Assembly (NCBI GenBank): GCA_964412455.1
Contig: CAYPOT010000001.1
Span: 2,173-66,172, forward strand
DNA from: an uncultured Nitrospiraceae bacterium
GTDB lineage: Bacteria; Nitrospirota; UBA9217
DNA length: 64,000 bases
Direction of reading: 5' to 3'
The notes under the pieces: generated by a model
Told to the model about the DNA's origin: nothing
Databases searched by the model: none
Seen by the model: the letters and a program-made list of their open reading frames with translations, nothing else
In this document: positions 62,151 through 64,000 of the stretch, piece by piece
Layout: each line of letters starts with the position of its first letter
Position numbering within the stretch: position 1 is the first letter of the stretch
Made by a program: the position numbers and the translations under genes

Positions 62151-62990
62151 TCAGGCGCTCCGAGGAGTTGCGATTATGAAACAACGCGAGATGGATGCAC
62201 GTTCTTCATCAAGAATTTCCAACTCGTACTTATGTGCAGCGAGGAGGCGATGCACGTGGAACATCATGATGATATTATGCACTTCCATGAAGATCAATGG
62301 CCGAGCCTCGGCCAAGAGCTGATTTGCGCCTTCCAGCACCTGGAGCTCCGAGCCCTCAACGTCGATCTTAATAATATCAGGTTGTTTCAACGTGCCGGCA
62401 GCCAGGAGAGCATCGATCGTTGTGGTCGATACGTCATGTCTGATGAATTCGGCGTATGCGCCGGCTTCCAACGGCAACACGGCATTCTCCAAATGGCTTC
62501 CAGTGCTGGACCCCTGATCAACATTGCGACTAAGCATGAGTGATACTGTGCCATCGCGGTTCGACAGGGCGGTCGTGATCAACCGTATCCTTCCGGCCAA
62601 ACTCCCATTCTCATGCAAATGCATATTGAATCGCTCAATGTTGTATGGGTTCGGCTCAAACGCAGCGACCTGGCCGGTTTCCCCGACAAGTGCTGAAAAT
62701 GAGAGCGCATGATAGCCAAAATGAGCACCGACATCCCATATTGTCATCCCGGACAGCGGGGAACGCCGAAGCAGCTCGTCATAAAGAAAGCTATCGTAAA
62801 CACCGTTGATCATGTCCAGCCACAGCTCACACGCTTGCGGATTGACGTACAATCGGTTTCCTTGCAGAGGGCCCGCTTTTACTGTATGCCAAGCGGGCCG
62901 GGATCCTTTCCCACTTAATCGGCGCATGAGCGCAGCCGCGATGATGTTCGGTGGGGTCCTCCACAATTTAGACAATAAACTTCTCGGCAT
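62151..62990 (-). CDS. FkbM-family methyltransferase
   Basis: 'IWDVGAHFGYHAL...AFEPNP'. Confidence 0.7.
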   Translation of the reverse strand: MPRSLLSKLWRTPPNIIAAALMRRLSGKGSRPAWHTVKAGPLQGNRLYVNPQACELWLDMINGVYDSFLYDELLRRSPLSGMTIWDVGAHFGYHALSFSALVGETGQVAAFEPNPYNIERFNMHLHENGSLAGRIRLITTALSNRDGTVSLMLSRNVDQGSSTGSHLENAVLPLEAGAYAEFIRHDVSTTTIDALLAAGTLKQPDIIKIDVEGSELQVLEGANQLLAEARPLIFMEVHNIIMMFHVHRLLAAHKYELEILDEERASISRCFIIATPRSA

Positions 62991-63039
62991 ATGCATTCCT
63001 CATATCGTTTTAACGGTTGCTGAAAAAGTCAATATACGC

Positions 63040-63127
63040 CGTCATTGCGAGAAGCGTAAGCGACGAAGCAATCTATAAGTTCTTGATTTAATGAACGACG
63101 AGATTGCTTCGCTTCGCTCGCAAAGAC
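63040..63127. repeat. MITE-like palindromic element (copy 2)
   Basis: CGTCATTGCGAGAAGCGTAAGCGACGAAGCAATCT - 27 nt - GAGATTGCTTCGCTTCGCTCGCAAAGAC forms a near-perfect hairpin. Confidence 0.5.
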
Positions 63128-63177
63128 CCCCAAAAAGGTTTTTCAACAGCCTGTTAATGGCACTATCGGTGAACGAG

Positions 63178-64000
63178 CTACCTACTCGCAATGCGAAGCT
63201 TTCGCAGTATCCTTAACAATAACGACGGATCATACATCATCCGTTGAGTATAAACATCGGCCTCTACGTTGCGATCAATTGCCGATGGATGGTCAAGCGG
63301 GAACTGCATCGGCTCGGCGGGCATGGCGCTGAACGGGCTGTCGTGCGCTGTATGGGTCGCTCCGGCATGAAAACCGATGTTCGAAACCAAGTTCACGTTC
63401 GGCATGATCGACAGACCGCTCTGCAGCCTGCACGCAAAGGTCCACTGATAATCCCAGGTGTTGATCTCTCCGCGCGACACCCGGTCGTATATGTTCATCC
63501 AGTGGCGAACGCTCGCCGAGTCACCGAGCAGGTCACGGAGCCATCCGCCGTCCCTGATCGCGGGCCACAGCGCCATGTCGACATCGTAGTGCTGCCACGC
63601 CCGCCTCCATGAAGCCCATCCCCAAATATGGGTAAAATGGGAATAGTAATAGCTATGTGCCGATCGTCTTCTCCCAAACTGGAAGTTATCGCCTGAAATC
63701 ATCATGATACGTTCATCATCGCGATACCGTTCGAGCAGCTCCTCGCAGAAGCGGAAAAACGTCGGATGGGGCAGGCAGTCATCTTCAAGGATGATCGCTT
63801 CCGGGACGGTCCTGAACACCCAGTCGATGCCGCTCGACACGCGTTTTTTGCAGCCGAGATTGGTGTCCGCAAAGTTGGTCAACACCTCGCACGGCCAGTC
63901 GACGTTCGTTGCGATCCTCCGGGTTTTTTCGCAGAGTTCCGCCTCTCCTGCTCGGTCCGGTCGTGGTCCGTCTGCCACAATAAGTAATTTGAGCGGTTTC
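63178..64000 (-). CDS. putative nucleotide-sugar-dependent glycosyltransferase-like protein; the 5' end may extend beyond the window
   Basis: The frame is open to the window edge (upstream in-frame '...KLLIVADGPRPD'). 'ILEDDCLP' is an acidic DxD-like motif. The family was not recognised. Confidence 0.45.
   Translation of the reverse strand, partial: KPLKLLIVADGPRPDRAGEAELCEKTRRIATNVDWPCEVLTNFADTNLGCKKRVSSGIDWVFRTVPEAIILEDDCLPHPTFFRFCEELLERYRDDERIMMISGDNFQFGRRRSAHSYYYSHFTHIWGWASWRRAWQHYDVDMALWPAIRDGGWLRDLLGDSASVRHWMNIYDRVSRGEINTWDYQWTFACRLQSGLSIMPNVNLVSNIGFHAGATHTAHDSPFSAMPAEPMQFPLDHPSAIDRNVEADVYTQRMMYDPSLLLRILRKLRIASR

Overview
This 64 kb window is high-GC bacterial chromosome, probably from a deltaproteobacterium-like anaerobe, and is almost entirely protein-coding. 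The identifiable blocks, in order, are listed below.

- Phosphoketolase (453-2927).
- A complete N-type ATPase operon with atpD first (atpD-atpC-atpQ-atpR-atpB-atpE-atpF-atpA ... atpG, about 3.9-12.5 kb). Its c subunit carries a Na+-binding ligand signature. Two YihY/BrkB membrane-protein paralogs flank it.
- A giant CheB-CheR-PAS chemosensory hybrid (13463-16774). It ends in a Cys/His zinc-ribbon-like tail instead of a kinase.
- Second-messenger and competence genes: REC-GGDEF, a single REC, TfoX and Smr.
- MltD-like lytic transglycosylase.
- dinB - tRNA-Cys - dnaE on one strand.
- A Usp-tailed APC permease.
- Two type II toxin-antitoxin pairs (HigBA, MazEF) next to lexA. lexA has an embedded Cheo-type SOS box.
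- tRNA-Gly.
- A proteostasis block (htpX, hsp20, lon), then lipA.
- A biotin operon (bioB-bioW-bioF-SDR-bioD).
- A large surface-glycan locus: manB, manC, galE, a WbaP-like initiating transferase, several GT2/GT4 glycosyltransferases and five methyltransferases.

The most unusual signal is two foreign genes sitting inside the N-ATPase operon between atpA and atpG, translationally coupled at both ends by ATGA overlaps. The first (384 aa) has eRF1/Pelota-like motifs: a modified GGQ loop 'HGHGGKKDQ...AERF' and a C-terminal '...SYRY'. The second is a short HPF/RaiA-like ribosome hibernation factor. This looks like a translation-arrest or ribosome-rescue module hard-wired to a Na+-pumping ATPase, which I am not aware of being a described arrangement.

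Other observations:

- A duplicated gene for a Met/His/Trp/Gly-rich small membrane peptide: one intact copy, one TAG-interrupted copy, each with a conserved downstream element.
- Dispersed heptamer tandem repeats (C/G)ACCTAT in the glycan-locus intergenic regions.
- Two MITE-like palindromic elements with CGTCATTGCGA / TCGCAAAGAC termini.
- A perfect 14-bp inverted repeat with TTGCAA motifs between tRNA-Cys and dnaE.

No CRISPR array, rRNA or transposase was seen.
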